A DNA stretch of 64,000 bases from Eledone cirrhosa (Eukaryota). A model generated the notes under the pieces. It saw only the letters and a program-made list of their open reading frames with translations, was not told the DNA's origin and ran no database searches. A program made the position numbers and the translations under genes. Positions 38,075 to 51,789 of this stretch are shown piece after piece (position 1 is the first letter of the stretch; every line of letters begins with the position of its first letter). The DNA lies in contig OZ024744.1 of NCBI GenBank assembly GCA_964016885.1, positions 2,418,001 to 2,482,000 of the forward strand. Direction: 5' to 3'.

Positions 38075-41000
38075 CAGTCAGACTTTTATCCTCACCAGAA
38101 GATGAGATAGTGACATTTGTAAACACACAATCCCCACCCCCTGGAGAAGAATGCATCTCCCAACATAACCTAGTAGTTAGTGACTTCATAGACTTAGATG
38201 AACTTGAAGACTGAGGGCAACCTGGAGGAGAAGGATATGGAAGTTAAAGGGCCCCTCAGCCAGTTCCAAATTTAGAGATATTTTGTTTGATCTTTACAAC
38301 AGTGAGGAAGAACAAGAGAAACATACAATACAGTGGGAGTTCCTGAAAGAAACTTTGCTGAAGGTGTCAAACTAGATCTGTGGCTGGAGCAGGACTTCAG
38401 AGAGAAGGTGAGTAACTTGGTGGTGAAACACTAGGGTAGATGAGATGGTTAAGGCCAAGGGACAGGCATAGAATAATGGCAGAATGAGGGAAGCTGGAGG
38501 GTACACTACCAGGAAGTATTCTTTGCAAAGAATGAAGCAGAGAATATATAATTTCAGCTGGTTTTATGATGTAAGGAGGAAATACATGAGATGTTCAGGA
38601 TTGTGAGGCAGTGTGTGAGGGAAAATTGTGATGTTGGGGTAAAGTGTGTCTAGGATGATAATGGGGCACTTGCCCTCACTGATGCTGAATAGGGTCAGCT
38701 GAAAAGTTCATAGGCAGACCAAGATACTCTCATGGAATGACCAAATGAAGTTTATTTTTCAATATAGTCCCTGAAATGAAACAATGCAGTTATAAATAAG
38801 AAGAGTTGAAATTAATGCAGGCAAGATTTCACAGCTCTAGCATCATGCTATCATTGATAGTCTATGAACTTTTCAGCCAACCTTTGTAACATGCCTTTAT
38901 GAAAGATTACTGAATGAGGAGAATGCATGGGAGGAAGATAGTCTACAGAAAGTAGGCCCAACAGAGGGTCCAGCCATACAAGTAAGCAGTAGTGTAGTAA
39001 GGTAATTAAGGATATGAAGACAGAGAAAGTATCTTGTCCATTGGTGATAGTTGCTGAGATACTGAAAGTATCTGGGATGGTGGGTCACATCTTAACCACT
39101 GGTATTGTAATGCAAGTAATACAAAATGGTGTCATACCAAATAAATGGTGTAGTATCATCATCATCAACTGCTACAGGGGCAAAGGAGATGTACTAGAGC
39201 TAGAAAACTATAGAGACATTAGATGGACCACTTCATGAAGGTGTTAGAGTTATAACACAGCTGATTAGGGACCAAGTTAACCTAGATGAGATGAAGTTTG
39301 GATTTGTGCCAGGTAAAAGTACCACTGATGTCCTCTTCCTTGTGTGGCAACTGCAAGAGTAGTACCTAGCTAAAATAAGCCCCTCTACCTGGCATTTATT
39401 GACCCAGAGAGAGCTTCTGTGATACTTCTCCCTTCCATAAGCTGGTGTGTAACTTAGAAAACTAGGGTATATGAGTGGCTTGTGAGAGCAGTAAAAGCCA
39501 TGTATGGAGGAGCAGTCAGTAAGGTTAAAAGTAATGATGGCTATAGTGAGGAGTTGAGTGAGTAAGTCTATCAGAGCTCTGTTATTAACCCTCTTCTGTT
39601 TATTATCAACCTGCAGGCTATTACATAAGAGTTTAAGACTGGCTGTCCATGGGAACTCTTGTATGCACATGTTTGAACCCTTGTAGCTTAATCTATGGTA
39701 AAATTAGAGAAGAAATTCCAAACCTGGAAGCATGGCCTAGAATGAAAATGTCTTAAAGTTAACTTGGCAAAATAGAAAGGAAAGCAGGGCCCAGATCCCC
39801 ACAAGAAAATAGCCTTGCTCAGTCTAAAGGAAAGGAGTAGGTAGAAATTCCAAACTATGGATAAACAAGAGATGTAGTGGGATCTCAGTGAGATTAGCAA
39901 AAGAATGTAAGTTTTCTTATGTGCTTGATACACAAGAGCAATAAGTAGCAAGAGCTGACAAAAATGATAACAAAAAAAAAAACAACAAGCTACTTTAACC
40001 CTTTAGCATTTCCATTACTCTATATATAGTATTGTATTTTTGTGGTAAAGGCTTTATCTTACATAATTATCTCACGTAATATCGAATCTACAAGATTTTG
40101 ATATTATTTATATTGAGAACAATACCTTAATGTCGGTATGAGGGGCCAGTTATGGCCGGTTTGAACAGAAAGATGTGAGAGTATTCTGGCTAGGTATGGC
40201 TGGTTTAAATGCTAAAGGGATAAATGTCCAGAAGGCTCTGTAGAAACCGGTTCATAATTTCTGTTAACTAGATGACCAAATTAACGGTGGAGGCTGGTGT
40301 TCTGAAGGTACAGTAGCCTGAGTGAGAATGGTATGGAAAAAGTTTAGGGAGCTACTGCTACTGCTGCCTACAAAATGATTTCCCCTGAAAGTGAAAGGCA
40401 GATTGTATGAAGTCTGTGTACGAACAGTAATGTTACATTGAAGTGAGACCAGGGCAATATATTCAGAGGACCTATAAAGACTGGAAAGAAATGAAGTTTA
40501 CATGATCTGATAGATGTGTAATAGCGTGCATGAACAACAAGCATTAATAAACTGAGAGAGAAACTAAACATAAGAGAGGTCAGATGCAGTGTAGAGGAGA
40601 GGAGATTCTGGTGGTTTGGACATGTGATGTATATGGAAGACGACAGCTGTATAAAAAGGTGCAGGGTTGTCAAAGTCGATGTTATCTATGAAAGAGGAAG
40701 ACCTAGGAAAGCTTGGGATGAAATAATAAAAGCTCACCTTGCCCAATTAAACCTCTCAATGGAAATGTCACAGGATCGAGACCTCTGGCGTCATGCTGTA
40801 CTGTAGAAGACTTCCCATGTGTTGAAAATGAAATAAAACAAACATGTAGAGAACACGCTCCTCTTCACCAATCTTCTCATCACCCTTCCCCATTCATAAG
40901 ACCCTGCCTTCACCTGCTAAATATCCCTCACACCTCGTTGATGCTACAACAATAAAAACACCCAGTTCATCCTGTAAGGTGGTCATACAAAAGTGTGCAG

Positions 41001-41183
41001 TCCACATTGTAACGTGTTTCGTGTTAAGAAGAGCATCCAGCCTTAGAAACCAAACCAAAATACACATCCATATGAGACCTGGTCTCCACACCTGACATGT
41101 CTCATAACATGACAACCTGTTTAACCCATGCAGGTGTGATAAAAATAAACGTTAAATGATAATGTTGAAGATGATGATGATGG
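38075..41183 (+). mobile_element. Degenerate RTE LINE (duplicate of 21981-25050)
   Basis: Same RT remnants and lesions as the left arm, with a (GAT)n tail. Confidence 0.85.
39999..40219. mobile_element. piggyBac-like MITE (duplicate of 22955-23173)
   Basis: ttaa|ccctttagcattt ... aaatgctaaaggg|ataa at the orthologous position. Confidence 0.78.
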
Positions 41184-41965
41184 TATATATAAACAAACGT
41201 AACGATGTAAAGTACCAAGGGAGACAACTCCAACTTTGCTCAATTTAAATCCCATGCTAGTATGATTGAGCAGATCTATAATTAAAGTTGTTCCAGCCGT
41301 GACCATCATGTTTATATATGGCACTACAACGGAATTGGCTGTCAGAAGTGAAAGTAGAAGAATGTGAAGTCATTCGTCAACCTTCTTTTATTTCCGTATC
41401 CCCACCACCACCATGTGTAAATAAATAAACTTTGAAATCACTACGTTGATGCAAAACTTGGTTTTTTCACTTTGGGATAATACACGTATTTGCAAGTTGA
41501 AAAATATGAATTCTACATTATACCCCAGCGTGGAATTAATCATCGCGATATTTCCATCGCTACCGCTACTACAGCAGATACCATTAATTGGTTGAAAAAA
41601 CATGGACTTAATCCTGTATGTTATTAAAAGGTTCCTGAGTAGTACAGTAAATTAAAGCCTTTACGAACGGAACTATACAATGAAAGTATTTTTAATAAGT
41701 GTATCTCATCGTAAACGTATCTCTTAGAAATTCATAAATGGCTGTGTAAACCCTTACACTTTAAAACAAAATTACAAACCAATTATGTGGTCATTGAAGT
41801 TGCTAGAAATAGCAGGCAAATCTTATACCCTCTACCACATTAAAGAAAGAACGAAAACAGGAGTAACTGGTTAATATTTATTGAAATATTCGAAGTGTTA
41901 CTGCTTCGGAATGGAAACAAATCGATTACGCTAAACTATTTATTTACACATGGTGGTGGTGGTGA

Positions 41966-43185
41966 TACACTTCACTTCACATTGCTCCAGTACACCTAGT
42001 TACACATAGCCAGATACATACATACACATATATACACATATATACGCATATATGTACACGGATAGAAATAAGAGGTAGACCGAGTGATAGATGTAAAGAG
42101 AGGGGGAGAAATAAGAAGGAGACAGAGCAATAGAAGTAAAGAGAGGGTAAGAAGTAAGAGGGAGATGGAGTAATAGATGTAAAGAGAGGGAGAGAACTAA
42201 GAGGGAGATGGTTTAATAAATGTAACGAGAGGGGGAGAAATACGTGGTAGATAGAGTAAAAGATGTAAAGAGAGGGGAGATGGACGACTTAGACTGTAAT
42301 ATGTAAAGAGAGGGGGAGAGTGTGACACGCATTTGTCTGTCTGTCTCTATTTTTGCTCCTTCCTTGTATCGTCGTCTCTCACTGCTCCTCCTCAAAGCCG
42401 ATCGCCGCGCCCTCTTTGCTCTTTTTCAGTGACCTGGAACTAAGTAAAAAGAGTAGGAGATAACTCGAGAAGAGCCGGAGAGGGTGAGATTCGAACCATG
42501 TTAAGTCATAGGCCCCTCAGGTTCGTAAGCGGAGCTGCTACTGCCTGAGCAATGCAGGCAGCAAGGCAAATCGCGCTTAAAATAAAGCTTATATTGAAAA
42601 AAAAAAATGTCCCTGTCGTGTCGCCATTTTGTTTGTTGTTCTTTTATTTTATGTAAACATTTCGCTGCTCTAGCGTCTTATTTCCTATTAAATTACATTT
42701 AATTCCATTAAATATACATTCTTAGTCATGTTAAACTACAACATCTTTATTTATATCACTGCTACAGCCTTTTATTCCTACATCTTTCACCTATACCGAC
42801 TGTTACGCCGGTCTTATAAGTAGTTTTATAACAAAAAACGATGATATAACTCCACAAAATGTGTTCTTCAGCAAGACACTTCACTTCACATTGCTCCGGT
42901 ACATTTAGTTACACATAGACAGATACATACATACACATATATACGCATATATATACACGAATAGAAATAAGAAGGAGACAGACTAATAGAACTAAAGAGG
43001 GTGAGAACTAAGAGGGAGATGGTGTAATAAATGTAAAGAGAGGGTGAGAACTAAGCGGTAGATAGAGTAATAGATGTAAAGAGAGGGGTAGAAATAGAAA
43101 TAAGAGGGAGATAGAATTATAGAAGGAAAGAGAGGGAGAGAAATAAGCGGTAGATAGAGTAATAGATGTAAAGAGAGGGTGAGAA
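41966..43185. repeat. Direct duplication (41966-42320 vs 42876-43185) of a SINE-like stub plus ~40-bp GA-rich repeats
   Basis: acacttcacttcacattgctcc..gttacacatag occurs twice, each followed by taagagggagatggagtaatagatgtaaagagaggg-type units. Confidence 0.7.
42474..42559 (-). other. tRNA-derived pseudo-head (Pol III A/B-box-like)
   Basis: gcctgcattgctcaggcagtagc...ggttcgaatctca; the acceptor stem does not pair. Confidence 0.4.
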
Positions 43186-43257
43186 CGTTCAACTTGACAG
43201 TCACTATTAAAGTTCAACATGGTAGCCAGAGGTCCTGCAACAGTCAAGCACCCTCAT

Positions 43258-44252
43258 GAGCATCACCAGTTACCTCGGGTTATGGCAAGGGTGAGAACAA
43301 GCAGCAGCCAAGCGTCCTCACGAGCATCACCAGTTACCTCGGGTGATGGCAAGGGTGAGAACCGGCAGCAGCCAAGCGCCCCCACAACCCAACATCACCT
43401 GTTACCTCGGGTGTTGGCGCGGTTGGGGTGCTGGGATAGCCAAGTGCCTTCATGACCATCACTAGTTACCTCGTGTGAGGCAAGGCTGAGGTGCTGGAAT
43501 AGCCAAGCACCCTCAACAGGAGCAACACCATTTACTTCTGTTGATGGCAAGGCTGAGGTGCTGGAATAGCCAAGCGCTCTCATGAAGAGCATCACCAGTT
43601 ACCTCGTGTGATGGCGAGGTTGAGGTGTTGCAACAGCCAAGCGTCCTCACGAGCATCACCAGTTACCTCGGGTGATGGCAAGGGTGAGAACCGGCAGCAG
43701 CCAAGCGCCCCCACAACCCAACATCACCTGTTACCTCGGGTGTTGGCGCGGTTGGGGTGCTGGGATAGCCAAGTGCCTTCATGACCATCACTAGTTACCT
43801 CGTGTGAGGCAAGGCTGAGGTGCTGGAATAGCCAAGCACCCTCAACAGGAGCAACACCATTTACTTCTGTTGATGGCAAGGCTGAGGTGCTGGAATAGCC
43901 AAGCGCTCTCATGAAGAGCATCACCAGTTACCTCGTGTGATGGCGAGGTTGAGGTGTTGCAACAGCCAAGCGTCCTCACGAGCATCACCAGTTACCTAGG
44001 GTGATGGCAAGGGTGAGATCCGGCAACAGCCAAGCGCCCTCACGAGGAACATCACCAGTTACCTAAGGTGATGGTGAGGGTTAGATCCAGCAGCAGCCAA
44101 GCGCCCCCCGAAGAACATCTGTTACCTCGGGTTTTGGCGCGGCTGTGGTGCTGGGATAGTCAAGTGCCCTCACGAACATCACCAGTCACCTCGGGTCATA
44201 GCGAGACTGATGTGCCGCAATAGCCAACTGCCCTCACGAGCATCACCAGTTA
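43258..44252. repeat. GC-rich 64-68-bp minisatellite with a 329-bp five-monomer higher-order unit
   Basis: gagcatcaccagttacctcgggtgatggcaagg..agccaagcgccctcac; 43322-43650 is essentially identical to 43651-43979. Confidence 0.93.
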
Positions 44253-45818
44253 GAAGAGTTCTAGTCCTTTAGAAGCCATTTCTGTATTAAATATTGTACA
44301 TACACTACTATTTCCCTCGAATTAATCAGCTTTACTCCTTTAGAGGCAATTTTCTTATTACATGTGGCATATAATCTACTATTTCCTTCGAATTGAAGAG
44401 TTCTAGTATTTTAGAGGCCATTTCTGTATTAAATATTGCATATACACTACTATCTCGTTCAAATTAATGAGTTGTAGCACTGTAGAAGCTATTTATCTAT
44501 TAAATATTGCATATAATCTATTAATACTCTTCAAATTAAAAAGTTTTAATCCTGTAGAAGCCGTTTCTGTACTAAATATTGTATTCATTTACTACGAATT
44601 AAAGAGTTCTTGTCCTTAAGAAGCCATTTCCATATTAAATATGGCATATAATGTACTATTTCATTTGAATTAAAATTTCTAGTCCTTTAGAAGCCATTTC
44701 TGCATTAAATATTGCGTATACTCTACTATTTCCTTCGAATTTATGGGTTAATAGCTCTGTTGAAGCTATTTCTCTATTAAATATTGCATTTCCTGTACTA
44801 TATCCTTCGAATCGACGAGTTCTAGTCCTTTAGAAGCAATTTCTGTATTAAATATTGCACATACATTACTATTTCCCTCGAATTAATGAGTTCTATCCCT
44901 GTGGAATCTATTTACGTATTAAATATTGCATATAATCTATTAATATCCTTCAAATTAAAGAGTTCTAGTGCTTCAGAACCCATTTCTGTATTAAACATTA
45001 CATATATACTACTATTTCCGCCAAATATATTAGCTCTAGTCCTTTGACAGTCATTTCTGTATTGAATATTGCATATACTGTACTGTTTCCTTAAAATTAA
45101 AGTGTTCTAGTGCTTTAGAAGCCATTTCTGGATTAAATGTGGCATATTCTCTACTATTTCTATCAAATTGAAGAGTTCTAGTATTTTAGCGGCCATTTCT
45201 GTATTAAATATTGTGTATACTCTACTATTTCCTTCGAATTACTGGTTTCTAGCTTTGTGGAAGCTATTTCTGTATTAAATATTACATATATACTTCTATT
45301 TCCTCCAAATATATTAGTTGTCATCCTGTAGAAGACATTTCTGTATTAAATATACAATATAAACTACTATTTGATTCGATTTAAAGAGTTCTAGTCCTTT
45401 AGAAGCCATTTCTGTATTAAATATGGCATATAATCTAACAATATTAATGAGTTTGAGTCTTGTAGAAGCCATTTCTGTATTAAATATTGGATATACATTA
45501 TATTTCCATCGAACTAAAGAGATATCTTCATTTAGAAGCCATTTGCGTATTAAATATGGCATATATACTACTAATAACCATCATATTAATGACTTTTAGT
45601 CTTGTAGAAGCCATATCTGTATTAAATATTGGATATACATTACTATTTCCATCAAATAAATGAGTTCTCTGCATTTAGAAGCCATTTACGTATTAAATAT
45701 TGCATATATACTACTAATACCCCTCTTATTAATGAATTTAGTCTTGTTGAAGCAATTTCTGTATTAAATATTGCATATATACTACGATTTCATTCTAATT
45801 AAAGAGTTCTAGTCCTTA
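44253..45818. repeat. AT-rich ~71-bp minisatellite (~22 diverged copies)
   Basis: aagagttctagtcctttagaagccatttctgtattaaatattgcatatacactactatttccttcgaatt. Confidence 0.93.
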
Positions 45819-45823
45819 TATAC

Positions 45824-46417
45824 AGCTACCTAGAGTACGGACCTCAGAGAGACACAGAGCCACCTAGGGTACAGACCTCAGAGAGACACCCAGTCACCTA
45901 GGGTACAGATCTTAGAGAGACACAGAGTCACCTATGGTACAGATCTCAGACTGACACAGAGCCACCTAGGGTACAGATCTTAGAGAGACACAGAGCCACC
46001 TAGGGTACAGATCTTAGAGAGACAACCAGTCACCTAGGGTACAGATCTTAGAGAGACACAGAGTCACCTAGGGTACAGACCTCAGAGAGACACAGAGCCA
46101 CCTAGAGTACAGACCTCAGACAGACACAGAGCCACATAGGGTACCGACCTCAGAGAGACACAGAGCCACCTAGGGTACAGATCTTAGAGAGACAACCAGT
46201 CACCTAGGGTACAGATCTTAGAGAGACACAGAGTCACCTAGGGTACAGAACCTCAGAGAGACACAGAGCCACCTAGAGTACAGACCTCAGACAGACACAG
46301 AGCCACCTAGGGTACCGACCTCAGAGAGACACAGAGCCACCTAGGGTACAGACCTCAGGGAGACATAGGGCCACTAGGGTACAGAAAGACAGACAACCAG
46401 CTAGAGTACAGACATCA
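45824..46417. repeat. 34-35-bp minisatellite (~17 copies)
   Basis: gccacctagggtacagacctcagagagacacaga. Confidence 0.93.
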
Positions 46418-46571
46418 GATTGGTACATCACTGAACTTTAAAGTATCACAGATTTATACAGGGCTGGTGCTACCATGAAGGCCAACTAGGGCACATTACA
46501 GAACCTTAAGGAGATATTTAGTTCCCCTGCAACAATATCATATACACATTACCTAGTCTGGTATTATGAAA

Positions 46572-46872
46572 GCCCTGAACAAGAATGTTAAAGCTACACT
46601 TAATACACAGTGGTGTTAGGAAGGCCCTGAACATGGATGATGTTAAAAGCTACACTTAATATACAGTAGTGTTAGGAAGGCTCAGAACAAGGATGATATA
46701 AAATGCTACACTTAGTACACAGCAATGATAGGAAGGCCCTGAACAAGGATATAAAATGCTACACTTAGTACACAGCAATGATAGGAAGGCCCTGAACAAG
46801 GATATAAAATGCTACACTTAGTACACAGCAATGATAGGAAGGCCCTGAACAAGGATATAAAGTGCTACACTT
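46572..46872. repeat. 53-bp minisatellite (~5.5 copies)
   Basis: gccctgaacaaggatataaaatgctacacttagtacacagcaatgataggaag. Confidence 0.9.
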
Positions 46873-47462
46873 GTGTCGCATTTGTGTCAATATTTATTTA
46901 TGTCAATATTTATATATATATAGTGTCAATATTTATTTATAATTTTACTCTCGATTTTTGCGATTAAGTAAGACAAGAGTTATCTTTCTTGGCAAAAACA
47001 CCCTGGTTTGTTTACATTACATTTTCTAGTTTAAAATATTTTCACTGATTTTAAGCCAAAGTTCTTTAATTGGTCCCACTTCCGATTTGTGTTGTGCCTC
47101 TACAGGGAGCAGTAAACCTTCTAGAAATAGCAGTCATAGCAACACACTCACATATATTTATATATCAGGGATTCCTAACGAGGGGTGCACGCCCCACTGG
47201 AGCAATTTGAATATAATAAGGGTCAATTTGAAAGTGATATAAGACGTTTGTTTTGACAATCGCAACATCCTAGCTTTGTTTAATTAAAGGATCTCTACTT
47301 TATATTACAGTAATAACACTTTTACAAGGCTCTGTTTCTTTTTATATTAAAGGGGGACATAAACATATTTTAAATGTTGATATATATTTATTTATTTATG
47401 TCCTTCTTCTGTTGTTTACTAAACTCTAAACTCAGCATTTTCTGTTGTTCTCTGGGATTCTA

Positions 47463-47543
<81 letters not shown>

Positions 47544-47545
<2 letters not shown>

Positions 47546-47651
47546 GTATAGATGAGATTCTACAGGACTAGAACTGTTTCATTCTTGAGAAATCATCAAG
47601 AATTTCTCAAGAATGAAACAGTTCTAGTCCTGTAGAATCTCATCTATACTA
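47544..47651. repeat. Perfect ~50-bp-arm fold-back with a degenerate HHR core; PLE-end mini-element 47544-47727
   Basis: tagtatagatgag...ttgagaaat-catcaag-atttctcaag...catctatacta. The minus strand reads tTGATGA-tttctcaagaat-GAAAC-agttcta-GTC. Confidence 0.85.
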
Positions 47652-47725
47652 AAACTTTTATACTCTGCTATGTATTGAGTACCTTACTTACTGTGGTTAC
47701 CTCCGATTCAACCCGGAATAACTTA

Positions 47726-47814
<89 letters not shown>

Positions 47815-47954
47815 GCCAACCTCACTTGGCACAGATCGAAAAGGCCGCCGCTAATCATGATTGTTGAGGTTATAATTAAACTAAACTGCTTCCACTGGCC
47901 ATCATAAGCTGATCGTGATGTTTGGAGACTGCTTTCTGCACTGAACCACTGAAT

Positions 47955-49096
47955 CATCATCATCATCATCATCATCGTTTAACGTCCATATTCCACGCTT
48001 GCATGGGTTTGGACGGGAATTTTCCCACTTGAGGCAAGAGTGGTTGTCCTGCTCGCATAGGACTGTCTGGCGAGTTTTCTACGGCTGGATGCCCTTCCTA
48101 ACACCAACCACATTTAGAGTGTGGAACTGGGAGGTTTTTACCGTGTTACCTACACGGCGACATTACAGCGTGGACTGTGTGTTTTTTTGTCGTGACACCT
48201 ACACGACCTCATTTGTTTCGGACTGGATGTTGTGGTACCAACATAACTTTACATTGAAAGGGGTGGTGTGGATGGGGTGGGGGTAGTGAGACGGGGGTGT
48301 ATTTTGTTAGAGGTGCCTACTGACTGTAGTAGGTTTCACTTTGTACTTAGGCAAGGCGGGTCTCTGTATGACTGTAGCGCCAAAGATCTCGGTCCAGTGA
48401 CATTGTCTTGGAGAAGTGTAAGTGTGTGAGGTCGGAATTTATCAAGTCGTCCCAGGTTTTTCTGGGTCTGCCTACTCCGTGGCTACAGTCTATTTTTATT
48501 GCCCTCCACTTTTTAAAAAGCTGTCGTCTTTCATGCGCATCACGTGACCATACCAACGTAGTCTTCTCTCGAGTAAACAACATCTGATCCCTCTTATTTC
48601 TAATTTTTCCCTTAGTTCGTTTATGCTTTGCCGTTCACATATATAGCTATTACACATCCAGCGGAGCATGCAAGCTTCGTTTCTTTCCAGTCTGCGTATA
48701 TCCTCTGCACACAATGCCCAGGTCTCACTGCCATGTAACATTGCTGTTCGTATGCAGGCATCATACAGCCTCCCTTTCATTTTTAGAGAGAACATTTTAG
48801 CGGCCAATAGTGGTATAAGCTCTCTGAACTTTTTCCATCCAGTTCTGACTCTAGCTACTGTACTTTCAGAGCACCCTCCTCCACTGCTGATTTTGTCACC
48901 CAGGTAACGGAAGCTGTCCACTATTTCTATAGAACCATCTGTGCAATGGAATGAGCTAGTATTCGGTGGGCACTTGCTGCTACTTATTGCACCAGAGTAC
49001 CGGCCACATATAAAATCTATGTTCTTAGTTAGCTTACCTGTGATCCCACTACATCTTTTATGCACCCATACTTTGAATTTGGGACATAAAATGGAG
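47955..49096 (-). mobile_element. RTE LINE 3' portion
   Basis: VHKRCSG..FICGR, FRYLGD, MLHGSETW, RRLRWYGHVMRM, GRPRKTW; (GAT)n tail. Confidence 0.88.
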
Positions 49097-49105
49097 GTAT
49101 ATATA

Positions 49106-51789
49106 TGTAGTGACCTACATTCCGCGGGTTCACATACATTCTCTGTGCGTGATTTGGCTCAGTTCAGCCAATCAGCGCCAGTAGAAGAGGATGTATCCCT
49201 ACGCGCCCTGAGGAAGAAATTCCCCGCGAAGATTTGAAGAATCTCTAGCTTGTACCAGAAACTTCGAGCCAGCAACACGCATAATGTAACAGTGAGATAT
49301 TGCACCACTAGCCTCGCCGGCTTAACGGCGCAATGGCACATTCCCTAATGTAACCTCTTTTTATCTGTAACTTCAACCATATAAATAAACAAATATTTCA
49401 TCTCTAATTACTGCGGTTGAAGTCGTTATTATGTTACTCGTGTCTCAATAACATCTTTAATCCATGCTGCTGGAATTGGCGACCTGACGAAAAGAATATT
49501 GTGAATAGATGGTAAATAGATCGAGGGACCTTCCCTCACGTCTATGTCAACAAGATAATCCAACGAGGATACTATCACTTACCACACTGGCAACTAACGA
49601 CCACTGATTCTACCACCCTGCTAAAGTGGCGATAACATCTACAACCAATACTGCTAAAGTGGTGACCGACGTAAGAATATCACGCAGCCCTTCTTCATTC
49701 AGTTTAACTTTTATTGCCACGTCGCAACTTGCGAAAATCCAGAATATTCCTTTTAAGATTTTTGAAAAATTGGCAGTATTTCAAAAACTTTTTCGCCACG
49801 AAAAAATTTCAAGATGGCTACCGACATGTCATGGCTACGCTTGACAACAACAATGACAGCAGCAGCGACAGCGTTGTTTAACCACTGACCAATACAGGGA
49901 ACAGTGAGTGGCAGCTTCATAACCTTACCGACGCCAACCACCACACATCGGAAATTTCAAAACGGCTTGTAACTTTACCGACGCAACCACCATACCTTCT
50001 GTCTCGTTACCACAGGGACGCGAGAAATTGAGACAGTAGTTTTCTCACCATTATGGCGTCAGACGTGACTGCCATATTTGGTGACTCCTACTCTACAGAA
50101 GATTCTTTGACTTTGCTTTAACAATAAGCAACACAACCGTGTGGCGGGACGGGAAATTGGCCACGAAATCTCACAAAAACACCATACATCTAACCCCTAA
50201 CGGCATTAACAAACTTCTTTTTCAGTTTTCAGATAGAACTAGTGTCTGTACACTGGTGATGTGTGAACTATTTGACTTTGAAAAACTTTGAACTTATTGA
50301 GCAATTTCTCTGCTCCCTTAGATTGACTTTGAATTATCAGTTTGTTACATTCACATATTTCTTTGGAGAATGCATTTACTTGTTTTGTGCTCTTTTGCTA
50401 TTTGCTTGCTCATGGTTTTTGTTCATTCACATTCTTTGCTGTTTTACATGCCTGCATATGCACACATTTTTTTTTTATCACACACCAACATGTTGTTCTT
50501 GGTATATGTTCTTCAAACGTAATATTCTGCGAGTCCCTTTTCACCTGTTTGAGATGCTGGCAGCTCACAGAGCTTAATCCACTGGATTCAAACAGTCACC
50601 GCAACACGAGGATACTAGTTGCCGCTGAACTCAAACAGCTTCGCATCTCGTTGCACACTGATCGTCCATGACGGCCATCCGTATTGTTGTTTTTGCCCGA
50701 CTCGCTGGGAAAGCAACAAATTGAACTGGACTTGTCAACATTTCGGCCACTTCTGTGGATTCGCCCGAATTATGGAATTTACACTGCAACCCACCTACAG
50801 ATTAAACTTGCCTTTTGTTCTTTACAAAGCAACCAGCCATTTTTTCCTGGCTCCACAGCACATTCGACAATACATTTGGGGGCCATCATTTTCTCGCCAG
50901 CACTGGTAAACTACCATAATAGCTTCGTTCACAGCTACTGGTACAACGCTTACCATTAACATTTAATGCAAGAACAGCAACCTTGCCCATGTCAGACTTT
51001 ATCCGTTTTTTGTTAGACCTTTGGCGGTCACGTATAAACAACAAAACAACTGGTCATTTGACACAGCGGCTCCACACGGCTCGTAGCGCCTCATTTTTTG
51101 TTCTTGCATGCAACCTTCTGCTCAATTATTTTTTCACTGATGTGCTCTTTCAGCATTTGTTCTTGCTGATTTAATAATATGTGGATCCTTGGTTTCTTCG
51201 TTATCGATTTTCGGCTGAAAATCTGGTTGGAGGTGATGTAGTGACCTACATTCCGCGGGCTCACATACATTCTCTGTGCGTGATTTGGCTCAGTTCAGCC
51301 AATCAGCGCCAGTAGAAGAGGATGTATCCCTACGCGCCCTGAGGAAGAATTTCCCCGCGAAGATTTGAAGAATCTCTAGCTTGTACCAGACACTTCGAGC
51401 CAGCAACACGCATAATGTAACAGTGAGATATTGCACCACTAGCCTCGCCGGCTTAACGGCGCAATGGCACATTCCCTAATGTAACCTCTTTTTATCTGTA
51501 ACTTCAACCATATAAATAAACAAATATTTCATCTCTAATTACTGCGGTTGAAGTCGTTATTATGTTACTCTTGTCTCAATGACATCTTTAATCCATGCTG
51601 CTGGAATTGGCGACCTGACGAAAGGAATATTGTAAATAGATGGTAAATAGATCGAGGGACCTTCCCTCACGTCTATGTCAACAAGATAATCCAACGAGGA
51701 TACTATCACTTACCACACTGGCAACTAACGACCACTGATTCTGCCACCCTGCTAATGTGGCGATAACATCTATAACCAATACTGCTAAA
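49106..51789 (+). mobile_element. Degenerate/non-autonomous LTR retroelement (Gypsy-like), ~554-bp direct repeats
   Basis: TGTAGTGACC... at 49106 and 51237, near-identical to 49659/51789. A purine-rich ggttggaggtga precedes the second copy. PBS-like tggcgacc at ~49477. No recognisable pol. Confidence 0.72.

Larger units (their letters stand above)
37092..41313. repeat. Right arm of inverted duplication 1
   Basis: Reverse complement of 21851-25940. Confidence 0.95.
46948..49096. repeat. Left arm (outer part) of inverted duplication 2
   Basis: Reverse complement of ~57137-59181, including the non-LINE flank and a hAT-like MITE. Confidence 0.85.

Noticed and set aside
21851-41313. Giant DNA transposon (e.g. 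Maverick/Polinton) with 4-kb TIRs
   Set aside because: The arms are decayed TE mosaics, and no integrase, polB or capsid genes lie between them.
41320-41400. Third Merlin terminus (tatatat|ggcactac)
   Set aside because: Only GGCA is shared, and I found no partner TIR or transposase.
42474-42559. Functional tRNA gene
   Set aside because: No acceptor-stem pairing and an irregular anticodon arm; at most a tRNA-derived repeat head.
43258-46872. CRISPR array
   Set aside because: These are pure tandem repeats with no unique spacers and no cas genes, in a eukaryotic context.
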